Notes: a model not told the origin generated them from the letters alone. Shown: positions 1-15,309, counted from the first letter of the stretch. The stretch: DNA of 64,000 nucleotides from the human T2T-CHM13v2.0 reference genome, Homo sapiens (GCF_009914755.1 NC_060927.1); one strand, 5' to 3'. Program-made: numbers and translations.

Positions 1-125
1 ATTCGTGTCACTTCCATGCATAGCTCATTGATCAGAACTAGTCACTTGTCAAGCCTTAAATGCAAGAGGCTTGGAGTCTTCTTATGTGCTCAGGAGGAAA
101 AACGAAACAGGATGTGGTCTCTCCA
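1..125 (-). mobile_element. Old MaLR LTR fragment (MLT1J/K-like)
   Basis: 'cacttccatgcatagctcattgatcagaactagtcac...aaatgcaagaggcttggag' resembles the MLT1J/K consensus; boundaries approximate. Confidence 0.45.
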
Positions 126-2861
126 ACACTAACTAAACCTCTGTTTCCCACTCCCATAGGTTGTAACACATTTCTAAGTTCTTACCCTGTGCCAAGATAT
201 TGAAGAGGGGGATTCCCACCTGTATACATGAGTTACCAGTGAGATGTCTGCTGTCCCTTTCCATGTGGCCCCTTCATAACTCACATCTCTCTATTTCTGT
301 TCCAGTCTTGGTATACGAGCCTGTTCCTTAAAAGTGGTGGGTGATCCCATCTGTACCACGCAGCTGGCTTCACTGAGAGTGACCTCACTGCCTCCCAGTG
401 GCATAGCCAGGAAGTTGGGCTCAGCTCTTTGTTATTCTGGGCTCTTCAACCTCTTCTCCTCCCATTCCCCAGTCTGAGGGAATAAGTTCTAGGGTGAGGT
501 TGAGGGTGGAGTTGGGGAAGCCTATCCCCTTGTGTTGTTTCAAGAGGCTTTTTATCTACCCTCTCCCTTTGAAAAACAGGTTTCTTAAAATAAAAAACAA
601 AAAAAGACCTAGAAGGGAATTGTTTTGCTGACAACATCTGCCTTTTACCCTATTATATACCTTCCTTGAGTCAATGAGCACAGAGCTTGTATTAATAGGA
701 AGAAAGAATAGGGGAAAATGCAAAAACGAAAAAAGACATAAATTAGAGTTGCAAAGTCTTACCCAGACACACACACAAATAGCACCTTCCTGGGCTTGGA
801 AAGGAGGAAGTACTCTGCAGGTTAGGCACAATTTCAGGAGGGGACAAGCATGTGTCTATCTGCCCCAGCGGCCAGAGGGGCATTTCAGCATGGTAATTCC
901 AAGGCAGTCTTAGACCCTCAAATAATGGGAGGCTTGGAGCTCTCCATCATCAATGAATAGAACCTAAAACACACAACTGACCTCATAAGCATGGGGCTGG
1001 GAACAGGCAGTCAGGTTCTCCCAAGAGCATCACCAGCAATGGAAATTGCTACACAGAGATATCAGGGTGTGGGCTCTGTTTCCGTGCTCAAAAAGGACAA
1101 TGTTTTAGCTGAGACACACCGCATTGGACACACCAAAGGAGGGGATTGATGAGGAGTATCTAGGACACACGAGGTAGGGCACAGAGTCAGGGTAAGAGGA
1201 GCCCCCGTCAGAAAACTGTGGGAGGCTTTGGTCCCATACTCCCATCACAGGTGCCCAAATGTATCTTCTAGAGGAAGAGAAGTCTTCCTGCCCACCATGG
1301 CCCATGGCTGCCCATCAGAGAGCCCTTTTTTGGTACTGAATCCTTCCTTCATGCCTGGAAAAGGGATAACTAAATGTATAGCCACTGAGATATTTCAGCT
1401 AAATCTAGTCTGTTATCCTCAAAGGGATTCGATTTCTTTAAGATTCACTTTGGATGGCTTAAATTCCCATACCTATTTTATTGTTGACATGAGGCACTGG
1501 GTGTAGTGGTGGCTTTTAATGTTTCTTTGTTTATTTTAAGCTCACCACTGGCTTTCATGCGGATTTAAATTGAATCACTCTGCCCAGCAGTGAGCTTCTT
1601 TATTGTTTAAAAGCTGATCACATCTCTTTCTGAAAAGCACAGCGTACTTGTTACCCTTGCTACAAAGCAGCCACAATTTACTGAGCTGAAAATCAATATG
1701 TGATTGAATCCAACATGTGCTCTTCTCTGGAATTCTTACAGCCTTTCAACTGATGGTCCCACATCACTGTCCCACCCAGGCATTTACCTTCAAAATCTGG
1801 AGAGAAAAGAATCCATTTTCCAATGAATGAAAAAAAAAAACACTAAAAGAATGATTTCAAACACCAAAGAGAGATTCAGTATTATTTGGGAGCTGAGCAG
1901 ACAATCCTTGGGCAAGGAAATAAATGACAAATTTTAAACTAAACCAGAGGTCTAGTCTACAATGTTCAGCTAGCTAGAAGGAGTCACTGTCTGGAACCTA
2001 GTATGAATTTGCTTTTAAGATGTATTATCTTTTACATATATTTTAAAATACATGACCTGGAAGATTTGGCACCCCTTCTATGAAGACATTCTTCTAGAAC
2101 CCACCTGGCTTAGAAAGTACAGCTGCTAAGAAATGCTGCTTTCCTTTGGTCATGAATTTCAGAGAAGAGAAGAAGAAATAAGGCTATCATTGCCTGGTGC
2201 CCCCGGGAAAAGGAGCGAGCCCCAAAGTCAGGCAAATTTGCCCATCCTCAGTCCCACTTTCACTGAATGGAAGGCTCTGCAACAGAAGAACAGGGCTAGG
2301 GAGATGCCAGATTTGACTTTTCCTGTTTTATTAAAGTGGGTTACTAAGCCTAGGAAAGGTCTAAAGGAAAAGGTTTTGCTCCATCTCCCTCTGTGTGGGA
2401 TGGGAGCCCTCCCCTGAGAAGTCAGCTAGACAGAATGGAAAGTCTATTTAAAGGACACTGAACCAATGCGCCTCCTTTCTGGCTAATAAAAGAACCCAAA
2501 GACAAGACAAAAATGCATGAGCAAAGTTCCTGAAGACTTTTGAATGTGGATGTTAAGGTCAGGAGAGTGGAGAAAGACAGAGGAAGAAGAAATTTACTCA
2601 GGTTGGAAAACATGGTTAAAGGCCACAAAAAGGCCAATGTGTTTAGTACATAACATGATGAAAGTGCATACATTGAAGTTGTCTGATTCCTGCTTGGTGC
2701 ATGGTGTTTCATACCAAGTATGCCTACTATAACTGTTGCTTAATTTATAGTTTTTCACTCCAAACCAAAAAGTAGCTCTAGCTAGAGTAAGTATACCTGA
2801 AATGTAGTAATCAAGGCTTGAAGAAGACATTAAGACCTTTACTGTCTGGAGAGAGACCATC

Positions 2862-3560
<699 letters not shown>

Positions 3561-5086
3561 TGTGGTAACTATTTTAAATTGCCTACAGGTCACCCAAGTT
3601 CAATAGATGAAGCAGGGACAGATAATTGTGGTCACTGTAAGCCACAGAGATGAGTTAGATGTGAAGGGGAAGAAACAAGGAGAGGAACCATTGGGAGTTT
3701 TCAGATGGATGAAATCTGTGTAAGAGAAAATATTGTTCTGTCAAGTAAAAAGCCAACTAAGACCCTTCAGGTCTCAAATACTACAGCTGACCCCAGGGCT
3801 GGAAGGGAACTCTCATCCTCGGTGACACAAACACTATGAAGGGCTTATGTTTATAATGGCAGATTGAGCAAACACTGAAAACCTCTCTTCCTTATCTAAA
3901 TGCATAGAAATGATAGAAAATATATATTTAAAAACACAATGCTATGGTTAAAACCTAGGAAAGTATATATCCACAAGCCAACTTTTAAGAGTATTCCTAA
4001 ACCAGAGAACAAGATAGCAGCCCATAGGACATATGCAGATACAAGATTAGAGGTGAGTCATCACAGGCATGGCTCCTGTGTGGAGTCAGAGACTAGACTC
4101 AAGTGAAAAAGAGACAGAATCATGTGTCACAAAGCCATCCCCATGAACAAGGAAAAAATTGCCCTCGTGGGTGGAGGCCCATCGTAAGTGGCCCTAGAGT
4201 GCTCTGGACAAGATCAATCCCCAAAAAAAAGTCAGAGTTGAGAAAACAATACAACCTTTCTACCTAGAGGCTGTCACGACTTGGAATATACGAAAGAGAA
4301 ATTATCCACAAAGACTAACTTACAACCTAAAGTTACTACGTATATGAGGAGTTCCAACTACATGACATACAAATGGGAAAACTCAAGAGATTTAAACTCT
4401 TAGGTCTAAGGAAATAAATATAATAAAGCATCTCATATATTTAAAGTCCTTAAAAAGATTTTTAAATATCATTTATGAAAAAGAACAAGGATATTATGAA
4501 ATAAGAGCAGGTACTAATAAAACAAGTTGTAAAAAATATAGCTACTTAAATAAAAACTTAATGAATAACTTAATGCTTCCAGCCAAAATGGAGTAGCAGG
4601 GATTGGATATACCTTCTGGCATGAAACAACTAAAAACTAGACAAAATATATTAAACGACAGTTTTTAAGACATTGTATATCAGACAACAAAAGTCAGTTA
4701 TCTCTGTTAGACAGTAAACAAACAAGGGGGGCCTCATGAGTACCCAAACTTATGGTGAACACATGCAGACCACCATGCAAGGAAGAAGAACACAGGCAGA
4801 GCCCAGGAGACTCCTTGAGATAAGGACACAGAGTTGGATTCAGGGAGACCAAGTCAGTGAGAGTATCAGAGAACTCACAATACCAGAGAGGAAAGAGCAG
4901 CAAGAAAGGGAACCCCAAGGATAGGTAGAAGGTCCTCCATGTGCGTTCATCAGACTGCTAATCAGCAAATGCATGTGAGAAAACTACCTGAAGCCGGGGA
5001 AGGAGCCTTCCAAGAACATTAGAAGGGCCAGTGTTTGTTGGTCATGCAGGGCCAGGAATAGTGCCTGTTCCTACCAGCCAGACTGC

Positions 5087-5580
5087 TGTGAATAAATTTG
5101 AACCTTAAAGAGTCAGTCCTTCAAGATAGATCCTGAGTGGCTAACTGGGCCTAAATTTAAAATAGAACCAAGTGGCTATTTACTGACCAGGGGTCACACA
5201 TGTACTCTGAGTTCTCTGAAAATCGGCACCTTTTTATCTTTGGAACTTTCAGAGCTCACCTGAACCATTCAATCAGAGCTCACCTGCTTTGGCCAATCAG
5301 GGTTCAGCTCTATTGACAAATTGGGGCTGAGTTGTTTCAGCCAATGAGAACTCAGCTGTATCAACCAATCAAAACTAGGAAAGTTTCCATCTTACATTTG
5401 CATAAGTGGACCAAATTGGGAATCTGGGTAGGAACTCTTGCTATAAAACCTGAGCCTTCTCTTTGTTCTATGGAACCCACCTTCATTTTGCACCAGAGGC
5501 TACATTTCCCTGGTTTGCAAACTGTTCAATGGAATAAAGTCTCTTTTCTCCAAGTTGCTTTTCAGAGAACTTTTGTCACA
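5087..5580 (+). mobile_element. ERV solo LTR (LTR47-like) inserted in L1M
   Basis: TG...CA termini (tgtgaat.../...gtcaca), several CCAAT boxes, TATAAAA at 5442, AATAAA at 5533; L1 sequence resumes on both sides. Confidence 0.75.
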
Positions 5581-6631
5581 CTGGAAAACTTTCTAATTAA
5601 TGAACTATTTGGTAGAATATTCAGAAAGGTTTTTCTTCAGTACTGGAGAAAATTTGTTCTAGATTAAATATTGTCCTGGTCTTGTCCAACAAATCTGAAA
5701 GCAAAAATGATCAAACTGCTTCCAAGTAGTTTAACTGCATCTCAGACAAAGCTAAGAATAGTTACAAACATATTAAAATATCAAACACCCAAAAAGGTAA
5801 AATTTACTCCAATAAAAAAATAAACAAGCATGCAAAGAAGCAGGAAAATACAACTAATAATAATGAGGAAAAACAATCAATTGAAACAGAATTTGCTTCG
5901 AGAGACATTAAAAACAGTTGTTACAATTGTATTCCATATGTTTAAAAGGCTAAAGAAAAGATTGATCATGGAAGATATTTCAAAACCCAAATCAAATCCA
6001 GAGATGAAAAAAATCAAAACCTGAGATGTAAAATAATGATAATAAGAAATCTGGATGGGTTTAATGGTAGATTAGATGTAACAAAAGATTAGTGAAATTG
6101 AAGATATAACAATATAAAATGATCCAAAATTATGCCCACAAGAAAACCTAGCTATATTAATAGTCATGTTAAATATTAATGAGCTGAATCCTCAAACGAA
6201 ATTTTGCAAAGATTATCAGATCAAAGTATCAAAATTCAACAATAACTGCTTATAAGAAACCCCCCACTTTAAATATAAACATACATAATACCAGTCAAGA
6301 GAAAACTGGAATGACAATATCATAGAACATATTTTAGAGCAAATAACATTAACAGAGATAAAGTCATTTTATAATGATAAAGAGGCCAATTCATCAAGAA
6401 AAAATAATAAGCCTAAATATTTATGCACCTGATAACATAGCTTCAAAATATAGAAAGAGTGATAAAACCAAAGAGAAATAGACAAATCTAGAATATAAGT
6501 TGAAAATGTTAATAACTGTTTCTCAATAATTGATAGAGGAAGTAGACAGAAAATCTGTAAGGATAGAGACAACTTGAACATTATCAACAAACTTAACCTA
6601 AATGACATTTATAGAACTCTCCAACCAATAG

Positions 6632-6981
<350 letters not shown>

Positions 6982-7149
6982 AAGCCTCAATGCATTTAAA
7001 AAGATTAAAGTCATAAGAAGCATGTTGTCTGAACACAGTGGAATTAAGTTCAAAGTCTTTGTGTCATTGGATCAGGTAAAGATTTCTTAGGTGCATGCCC
7101 AGAAAAATAGTGTGGCCTGGAGTCGAGAGCTAGCATGAGAGCGCAGAAA

Positions 7150-7694
7150 AAAAAATGCTCACCAAAGATCATCGTGATAACTGGTAACAAATGGGTAGAA
7201 GAGGACCTCTAAAAGATACCTCCAAGATTTCAAAGCTGGAAAGCTAGAAGTACAGCATTATGCGTAGGGGCAGAAAAATTGTGATAGAAACAAGTTTGAG
7301 AACAAAGATAATATCTTCTGTTTGGGTCAGGTTGAGTCCGAGTAAATATGAAACCTCTAATAGGAAGCACAACAGACTGCAAGAGGTATGCAACTAGAGA
7401 CTCAGGGGGTCCAGAATTTTAGGTAAGTTATTAGTGTGGTTTAAGCTATAGGAATAAGGGATGCTCTGGGGGAAAGACAATAGGAAGAGAGAAGTTGACC
7501 AGGGACAAAGTTGTCCAAGCACATTTGAGCTCAAAGAAGAAATTGCCAGGAAGTAGGAGACATGAACAGATGGTATTACTGCAAAAGCCAAGGAGACAGG
7601 CAAGAATTTCAAGAAGGAAAGGCTGATCAGTGTGTGGGTCACTATCAAATAATACAGGTTAAGGAAATAAAGATAGAAAAAGCTATTGGCTTTT
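7150..7694 (-). mobile_element. L2 LINE fragments
   Basis: Purine-rich degenerate L2 antisense motifs (gcaaaagccaaggag...aagaatttcaagaagg...). Confidence 0.5.
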
Positions 7695-8038
7695 TGACTT
7701 TAGTCAGCTCGGACTGCTAAAACAAAATACCATAGACTGGGTGGCTTAAACAATAGGCATTTATTTTACATTTCTGGAGGCTAGAAAGTCCAAGATCAGG
7801 GTGCCAGAATGGCTGGATTCTTGGTAATGCCGCTCTTCCTGGTTTGCAGATGGCCACCTTCTCACTGTATCCTAATGATGGAGAGAGGAAACTCTGGTGT
7901 CTCGTTCTCTTTTTTTTAAAGGCACTAGTCTCATCAATTACCTCCCAAAGACCCTGTTTCCTAATACCATTTTATTGGGGCTTTAACATATGAATTTGAA
8001 GGAGTGGGGACAGTGACACAAACATTCAGATTATAACA
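7695..8038 (-). mobile_element. MLT1A/MLT1A0-like MaLR LTR
   Basis: 'ctgctaaaacaaaataccatagactgggtggcttaaacaa...tctggaggctagaaagtccaagatcagggtgccag...cacaaacattcagattataaca'. Confidence 0.85.
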
Positions 8039-8349
8039 GAACCAGAGTCCAGTAGTGTCCTTTCATGAAATCGCTCTCAGTAGAGTGGTGAGGAGAACTC
8101 TAAAATGCAGAGAGCTAGTGCAGAGGGAATGGAGCCACAGATGTGGGCCATCCATCCTGGAGGTATGGTATTGCATGGGAAACCTTTGCATGCCAAACAC
8201 ACCAAGCACCTCAACATTCCTTCAATCCATCAGGCCCTTTCACACCTCACTCTCTTCCTGCTCCCTGGAATCTTGTGGGAAAAACTTGTTCTTTTCCTGC
8301 TCAGTAAATTTTTCCCCTTCTGGGAACAAAACCTCTTTTCTGTTACCCT

Positions 8350-8710
8350 ACTTTCATCCTTCTGGACAGAGTAGGTACTCAGGAGTAGGCACATAACTAT
8401 GTGTAGAGTCAAATGGAAGATGCATTTAAATGCTGAAGAGGGCACAGGGTCTCTCTCCTTGTGAAATTGGGAGTAGAGGTAAAACAGAGAAGAAGGTGAA
8501 AATGAAGAGAGAGAAAAAGAGAGAGAAGAAAACAGAGATACTTTTAAGAGAAAAATAGATCCTCAACAACATTATGTGAACCCCTTATTCCAGCCATGTC
8601 TGAAATCATGCCCTCTTCTTTATGACATGAGTTAATACAGTTCTTCTTTTCCTTGAGTTAGTTTGATTTTATTTTCTATCACTTGCAACTGAAAAAGTCC
8701 CAGCAAATAA
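8350..8710 (+). mobile_element. MLT1J/K-like MaLR LTR 3' part
   Basis: 'tccagccatgtctgaa...ttttctatcacttgcaactgaaaaagtcc' resembles the MLT1J/K 3' end. Confidence 0.55.
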
Positions 8711-8729
8711 ATGTCCCCTACCCTTTCCT

Positions 8730-9020
8730 CTCCCACTTTCTGTACCTAGAAATTTCTTACCTATCATTCAAGTCTCAAGTGTAATGTTACTTTCTCTGTG
8801 ATGCCCTGGGGTATGATGGTAAACTCGCTCTAAAAAACACAAGCCCTGTTTTGTTAGTGTTTTCTAATCTGTGTTATCCCAGCACACACACTGTGTGACA
8901 TCATCATTGGTTACGTTTTTGTCCTGCTGCTCAATTGTGAGCTCCTCAAAGATAGGAACTGTGTCTTCTTCATCATCTTCCCAGAGTTAGACTTGTAGAA
9001 GGTGTCAGTAAATACTTATA
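8730..9020 (+). mobile_element. L2 3' end fragment
   Basis: 'attgtgagctcctcaaagataggaactgtgtctt...gtgtcagtaaatactt' resembles the L2 3' terminus. Confidence 0.55.
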
Positions 9021-10356
9021 AGATGAGGCTAGATAGTTATAGCAGCAATGAAGCCAGGTGAATAAGGTAAAAGAGGCCTGTGCACATTTGAAGGCAGAAA
9101 AGTTGCTAATGGAGAGAAAAATACTGGGAAATATTTAAAACTCTGGCAAGGGAAGAAAGCAAGGTGTTTCAGGGGCTAGAAGAGACAGTAGTAACAGGCA
9201 AGATGGACAATTTGGAAGGAAATGATGAGAATCTGGGTGTGGAAACAGAAATGTGTCAAGATGAGGAGGGGATAAATCAGAAGAGCGTTCTCCTTGTTTC
9301 AGGGAAGTCAGAGACAAAGAGAGAGGGCAGAGAGGGGCTGAGAGTGGGACCAGACAATCAGGTCCAGAAGAGGTGCAGGGATTCAAGACAGGACAGAGCA
9401 AAGCTTCAGCGCAGCTGAGGCTGAACAACTTCCATTTCAGTCATTCCCATGTGTACAGTTCTGCACTGTGTTCAACTTCACAATTTCCAGCAATGACCTA
9501 CAAACCATACTTAAAGCTGCAATTATTCTCTGAGAATAAGAGGCTAGGCAGTTATCCATCCCTTCCCCCAAACACATCGCATTCTCCTGATTTACTTTTC
9601 CAAGGCCGTGCCTGACAGTGCTTCTGGAGCAACTACACAGGACAGCCATGCCCAGCTAGTAAGAGCAGCAGGGGAGAATTAAACTCAGCCAACTGCAGCC
9701 AGCAGGGAGTTATACCACGTTGCCCTGACAACTAATGGGCAGAGCTAGTGAGAGATAGATGGAGATGGCTGAGGTCAATGGGTAATAAAATTCTAGTTAA
9801 AGGCTGATTTTTCTCTCCTTCATTTCTGCTGATATAAACATGAGGAAAAAGAAAAGATAATTGGGAGGCAGATTTGTCCAGTGCCCATAGGAGCTGCAGA
9901 TTCTAAGCATAAGACCCTGGGTTGAATTGAGGATAAAACTAGGAAATACCTAGATCCTCAAAGATCCTGCTCAGGAATGGCTGCCCTCAAAACACAAACC
10001 AAAGGCATTGAGAAGGAAGTACCTAAGTAAGTCTCTTTCATTGAGTGTCTACTGTGTATAGAACATGGCCCTAGGAGATGTTAACAAGAAGTCTCAAGAG
10101 ACATTATAGGCCCCCGAGGTGCAGCTTAAATCTTATCTCTGACATTTACTGCCCAAGTGACCCTGGGCCAGATACCAGATACCAGACCTATTTGAGTCTG
10201 AGTTATATAACGGATGTATCAGTTCTTGTCTCACAGGATTATTGGTTGGCCAAGGAGATAATGAAAGTAAAGGAGGTAGCATAGTTGTCTCATGCATAAA
10301 GCACAGAATGAATGGCAGCCCAAAATAATAGATGACATCACTGAGCCCCTACCCTA

Positions 10357-10789
10357 TGTATATTAAGCTGTTCTTGCATTGCTATAAAGAAATGCTGGAA
10401 ACTTGGTATCTATAAAGAAAAGAGGTTTAGTTGGCTCACAGTTCTGCATGCCTTGTGGAAAGCATAGTGCTGGCATCTGCTTGGCTTCTACGGCGGCTTC
10501 AGGAAGCTTACAATTATGGTGGAAGGCAAAGAGGGAGCAGGCATGTCACATGGCGAAAGCAGAAGGAAGTCAGAGAGAGAGTGGGCGAGCAGATGCCACA
10601 CACTTTTAAATGATCAGATCTCATGTGAACTCAGAGCCAGAGCTCACTTAACGCCAAGGGGATGGCCCAAGCCATTCATGAGGGATCCACCCCCATGATC
10701 CAAACACTTCCCACCAGGTCCCACTTCCAACATTGGGGATTACATTTCAACATAAGATTTGGGTAGAGACAAATACCCAAACTATATCA
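10357..10789 (-). mobile_element. MSTB-like MaLR solo LTR inserted in a MIR
   Basis: 'ttcttgcattgctataaagaaa...ggctcacagttctgca...cccaagccattcatgagggatcc...caaactatatca'. Confidence 0.9.
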
Positions 10790-10985
10790 CTCTGCTAGCA
10801 CTATTTTCAATGCTTTACACATTTTCTTAAAATAATCCTATGGGACAGCAACTGCTACATACCCATTTTACAGATAAGTAAACTAACGCAGAGAAAAGGT
10901 AATATTCCAGCTCAAAATCACATAGGTAGTAAGTGGCAGAGCCAGGGCTTGCACCCAGGCAATCTGGCTTCAAACCTGGGCTGTA
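10790..10985 (-). mobile_element. MIR SINE
   Basis: MIR core 'cccattttacagataagtaaactaa...caaaatcacataggtagtaagtggcagagccaggg'. Confidence 0.8.
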
Positions 10986-12805
10986 CGACATCAACAACAC
11001 AGAGAAGTCATCAAAAATGGAGGTGCAAAAAGAATACTGACATATTATTTACATATCTTTGCATACACATATATAAAATAGTTCTAGAAGGAAACTATTT
11101 AAAAATTATAATGTTGTTTGCCTCTGGGAAAGAGAAAGGCAAAGAAGGGAGAATTTCTACTGTATATTTCCTGTGAATTTTGAACCATGAGAAGGGGTTG
11201 CCTATTTTAAAAATGAATGAATTAAATTAAAATTTAAAAATAGAGGAGCAGGGCAGGAGAAGTCACTCTGAATATATTTATTTCTGCAAACATTCATTAT
11301 ATGTGAAAAAACAGGTTCCCATTCTCTACTCCCCAACATGACTGTGGAGGAAACAGGCCCATGAACAGGTGACTAGGGAACATGGTGATATACATCCATA
11401 CAGGTGAATATAATGTGCTGCATAGCCCCTGAGGAGGACTTTAAAAATTCTGCACAGAGAGAGGAAGTCTGGAAGGCTTCACAAAGGAAGGACTTCTAAA
11501 CTGAGATCTTTCCAGAACTCATGATCTTAAGTCAAGTCATACGTGCCCATGGGAAGTTACTTAACCTCTTTTTAAGCCTCAATGTTTTCTGCAAACATTC
11601 ACTGCATGTGAAAGAATAGCTGGGTGAAGAAGCTGGGATTTGAAGCCAGACTTCACCAGAAGTCACTGCCCTCAGTCATCTTAATCCTCTGGTGGCACCT
11701 CTAAAGAGACAGGAAAGATGGGGTCATGAAGGCAGATGTGGTCCCTGCTGAGGATCTAAGCAGAAGATGAGCTGTGGCCAGGCATGTTGAGTGGGAGGTG
11801 GAAGGACATCAGGTGGGGAATCAGTCCAGTCCCAGAGTCCCCACTGTGTGATGTCCTCAGCCGGTTTCTCTGGGATTTAATTTCTACCACTCCAGAGCAA
11901 GAAGGTAAAAGAGCTGCTTTCTAAACACTCTCACTACTTATCCTGTGGGAATTTTTTTTCTGGTTGCCTAATAGATTTTATGACTTAAGCCTGATATAAT
12001 TTGGCCTCAGAAAACTCATCTGACCCTAGGCCCTCATCCTCAACTTTGAAGCTGCCCCTCATACCTTCCCTGAGAAGCAGCTACTGCATGCAAAGACCTG
12101 CACTAGCTACCGAAGAAATAAGCCTGGCCTCTGCTGTGATGGGGAGGAGGGGTTGCAAGTTTAAATGAGAAAAAATAATCCATAGAAAATGCCTAGATCA
12201 CACAGATATATGTGAAGCCAGTCCAAGCAGCATGCACAAGGCTGAAGCCAAAGCCTCATCTGTCCTTTCCAGAACACTTTGGTGGTGTCTAAAGAGAATC
12301 TCCAAGTTGGGTTTTAAAGGTGAGAACCTAGGTTTGGCAAGAGTAAGTGGAAGAACATCACAGGTGGAAATGGGAATGAAAGAGTTAATGGCCCCAGACT
12401 GGGCTGGAATGGAGAGTCTGTGCAGGTGAGGAGTGCTAAAGAATCTTGAGGACACGGGCCTGGGAATAGGCAGATGAAGCGATGGAATGAATGCAGGACT
12501 GACAAGCTTCTGGCTCAAAATAAAAAGGTAATGGATAATTATGAAAGGGAGTAGCTTGATAAGAATTGCCTAGACAGAAGATTATTTAAGAGCTGTTTAT
12601 GTCTTAAACGGATGACAATCATAGTGTCTAAGCCAAAACCCAAATCACAGTCTACTCACAGAAATCTACTCTGATTTCTAATTTAAAATCAGAACACATG
12701 GTGAACACACCATATACTTCCATATCTGTCCAATATTCCTCTACATTAGCATTTTCAAAAGTAGTATTTGCATAATATTCATTCCAGAGAATGAAAATAG
12801 GTGTT

Positions 12806-15269
12806 GCAATGAAAAAAAAAAAACTTCAGGCCAATATCCCTGATGAACATAGACACAAATATCCTCAACAAAATCTAGCAAATCAAATCCAGCAGCGCAT
12901 CAAAAAAGCTAATCCACCATGATCAAGCAGGCTGTATTCCTGGGATGCAAGGTTGGTTCAACATATACAAATCAATAAATGTGATTCATCACATAAACAG
13001 AACTAAACACAAAAACCACATGATTATCTCAATAGACACAGAAAAGTCTTTTGATAAAATTCAATATCACTTCAGCATAAAAACCCTGAACAAACTAGGA
13101 ATTCAAAGAACATACCTCAAGATAGTAAAAGCCATCTATGACAAACCCACAGCCAACATCATACTGAACAGGCAAAACCTGGAAGCATTCCCCTTGAGAA
13201 CTGGAACACGACAAGGATGCCCACTCTCACTACTCCTATTCAACATACTACTGGAAGTCCTATCCAGAACAATCAGGCAAAAGGAAGAAATAAAAAGCAT
13301 CCAAACGGGAAGAGAGGAAGCTGAACTATCTCTCTTCACAAACGATATGATTCTATACCTAGAAAATCCCATAGTCTCTGCCCAAAGGCTCCTAGAACTG
13401 ATAAACAACTTCAGTGAAGTTTCAGGATACAAAATCAATGTACAAAAATCAGTAGCATTTCTATACACCAGTGCCATCCAAGCTAAGAGTCAAATCAATA
13501 ATGCAATCCCATTCACAATAGCCACAGAAAGAATAAAATGCCTAGAAATATAGCTAACCAGGGAGATGAAAGAGCTCTGCAACAGGAATTACAAAACACT
13601 GCTGAAAGAAATCAGAGATGACACAAACAAATGGAAAAACATTCCATGCTCATGGACAGGAAGAATCAATATTGTTAAAATAACCATACTGCCCAAAGCA
13701 ATTTATAGATTCAATGCAATGTTATTTTTCACAGAATTAGAAAAAAAACTATTCTAAAATACATAAGGAACCAAAAAAGAGCCCAAATGGCCAAAGCAAT
13801 CCTAAGCAAAAAGAACAAAGTCAGAGGCATCACACTACCCGACTTCAAACTATACTACAAGGCTCCAGTAACCAAAACAGCATAGTACTGGTACAAAAAC
13901 AGACACATAGACCAATGAAACAGGATTAAAAACCCATAAATAAAGCCACACAGTTAACAACCATCTGATTTTCAACAAAGTTGACAATAACAAGCAATGG
14001 GGAAAGGACTTCCTATTCAATAAATGGTGCTGGGATAACTGGCTAACCATATGCAAAAGATTGAAACTGGACACTTTCCTTTCACCATATATAAAAATCA
14101 ACCCAAGATGGATTAAAGGCCGAAATGTAAAACCTAAAATGATAAAAATCCTAGAAGAATACAAAGGAAATACCATTCTGAACATAGGCCTTGGCAAAGA
14201 TTTCATGACAAAGACTCCAAAAGCAATTGCAACAAAAAGAAAAAGTGACAAGTGGGACCTAATTAAAGAGCTCTGCACAGAAAAAGAAACTATCAATAGA
14301 GTAAATAGACAACCTAAAGAAGGGGAGAAAATGTTTGCAAACTATGAACCTGACAAAGTCTGATACCTACAATCTATAAGGAACTTAAACAAATCAACAA
14401 GCAAAAAAACAAACAATTGCTTTAAAAAATGGGAAAAGGACATGAACAGACACTTCTCAAAAGAAGACACACATGTGACCCACAAGCATATTTAAAAAAT
14501 GCTCCACAGCAATAATTATTAGAGAAATGTAAATCAAAACCACAATGAGATATCATCTCATACCAGTTAGAATGGCTATTATCAAAAAGTCAAAAAATAA
14601 CAGATGTTGGTGGGGTTCTGGAGAAAAGGGAATGCTTATATACTGCTGGTAGAATGTAAATTAGTTCAGCCACTGTGGAAAGCAATTTGGAGATTTCTCA
14701 AAGAACTTAAAACAGAACTGTTTCAACCCAGCAATCCCATTACTGGGTATATACCCAAAGGAATATGAGTCATTCCACCATAAAGGCACATGAATGCGTA
14801 TGCATATCACAACACTTCAAAATAGCAAAGTCATGGAATCAAGCTAGATGCCCATCAACAGGGGACTGGATAAAGGAAATGTGGTACATACAAGAATACT
14901 ATGCAGCCATAAAAAAGAATGAAATAATGTTCTTTGCAACAATATGGATGCAGCTGCAGGCCATTTTCCTAAGCAAATTAACTCAGGAACAGTAAACCAA
15001 ATACTGTGTGTGCTCACTTATAAGTAGGTGCCAAACATTAAGTACACATGGACACAAAGAGGGGGACAATAAACACCAAGGCTTACTTGAGGGTAGAGGT
15101 GGGGAGGAGGAGTAAAATTAAAAAACTACCCCAATCAGGTACTATGCTCACTATCTAAGTGACAAAATCAGTTTTACACCAAACCCCAGCAACACGCTAT
15201 TCACCCATGTAACAAACCTGCACATGTAACCCCTGAACCTAAAATAAAAGTTGGAAGGAAAAAAAAAGA
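12806..15269 (+). mobile_element. 5'-truncated L1PA15/16-like LINE-1 (RT to 3'UTR and poly(A)), ORF2 disrupted
   Basis: ORF 12945-13553 translates to L1 ORF2 RT ([17 protein letters not shown]; FADD degenerated to FTND); 3'UTR ending aaaataaaagttggaagg-A tail; TSD aaaataggtgtt at 12794-12805 and 15270-15281. Confidence 0.95.
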
Positions 15270-15309
15270 AAAATAGGTGTTACCAAAAAAATCCAAGTTA
15301 AAAAATAAT

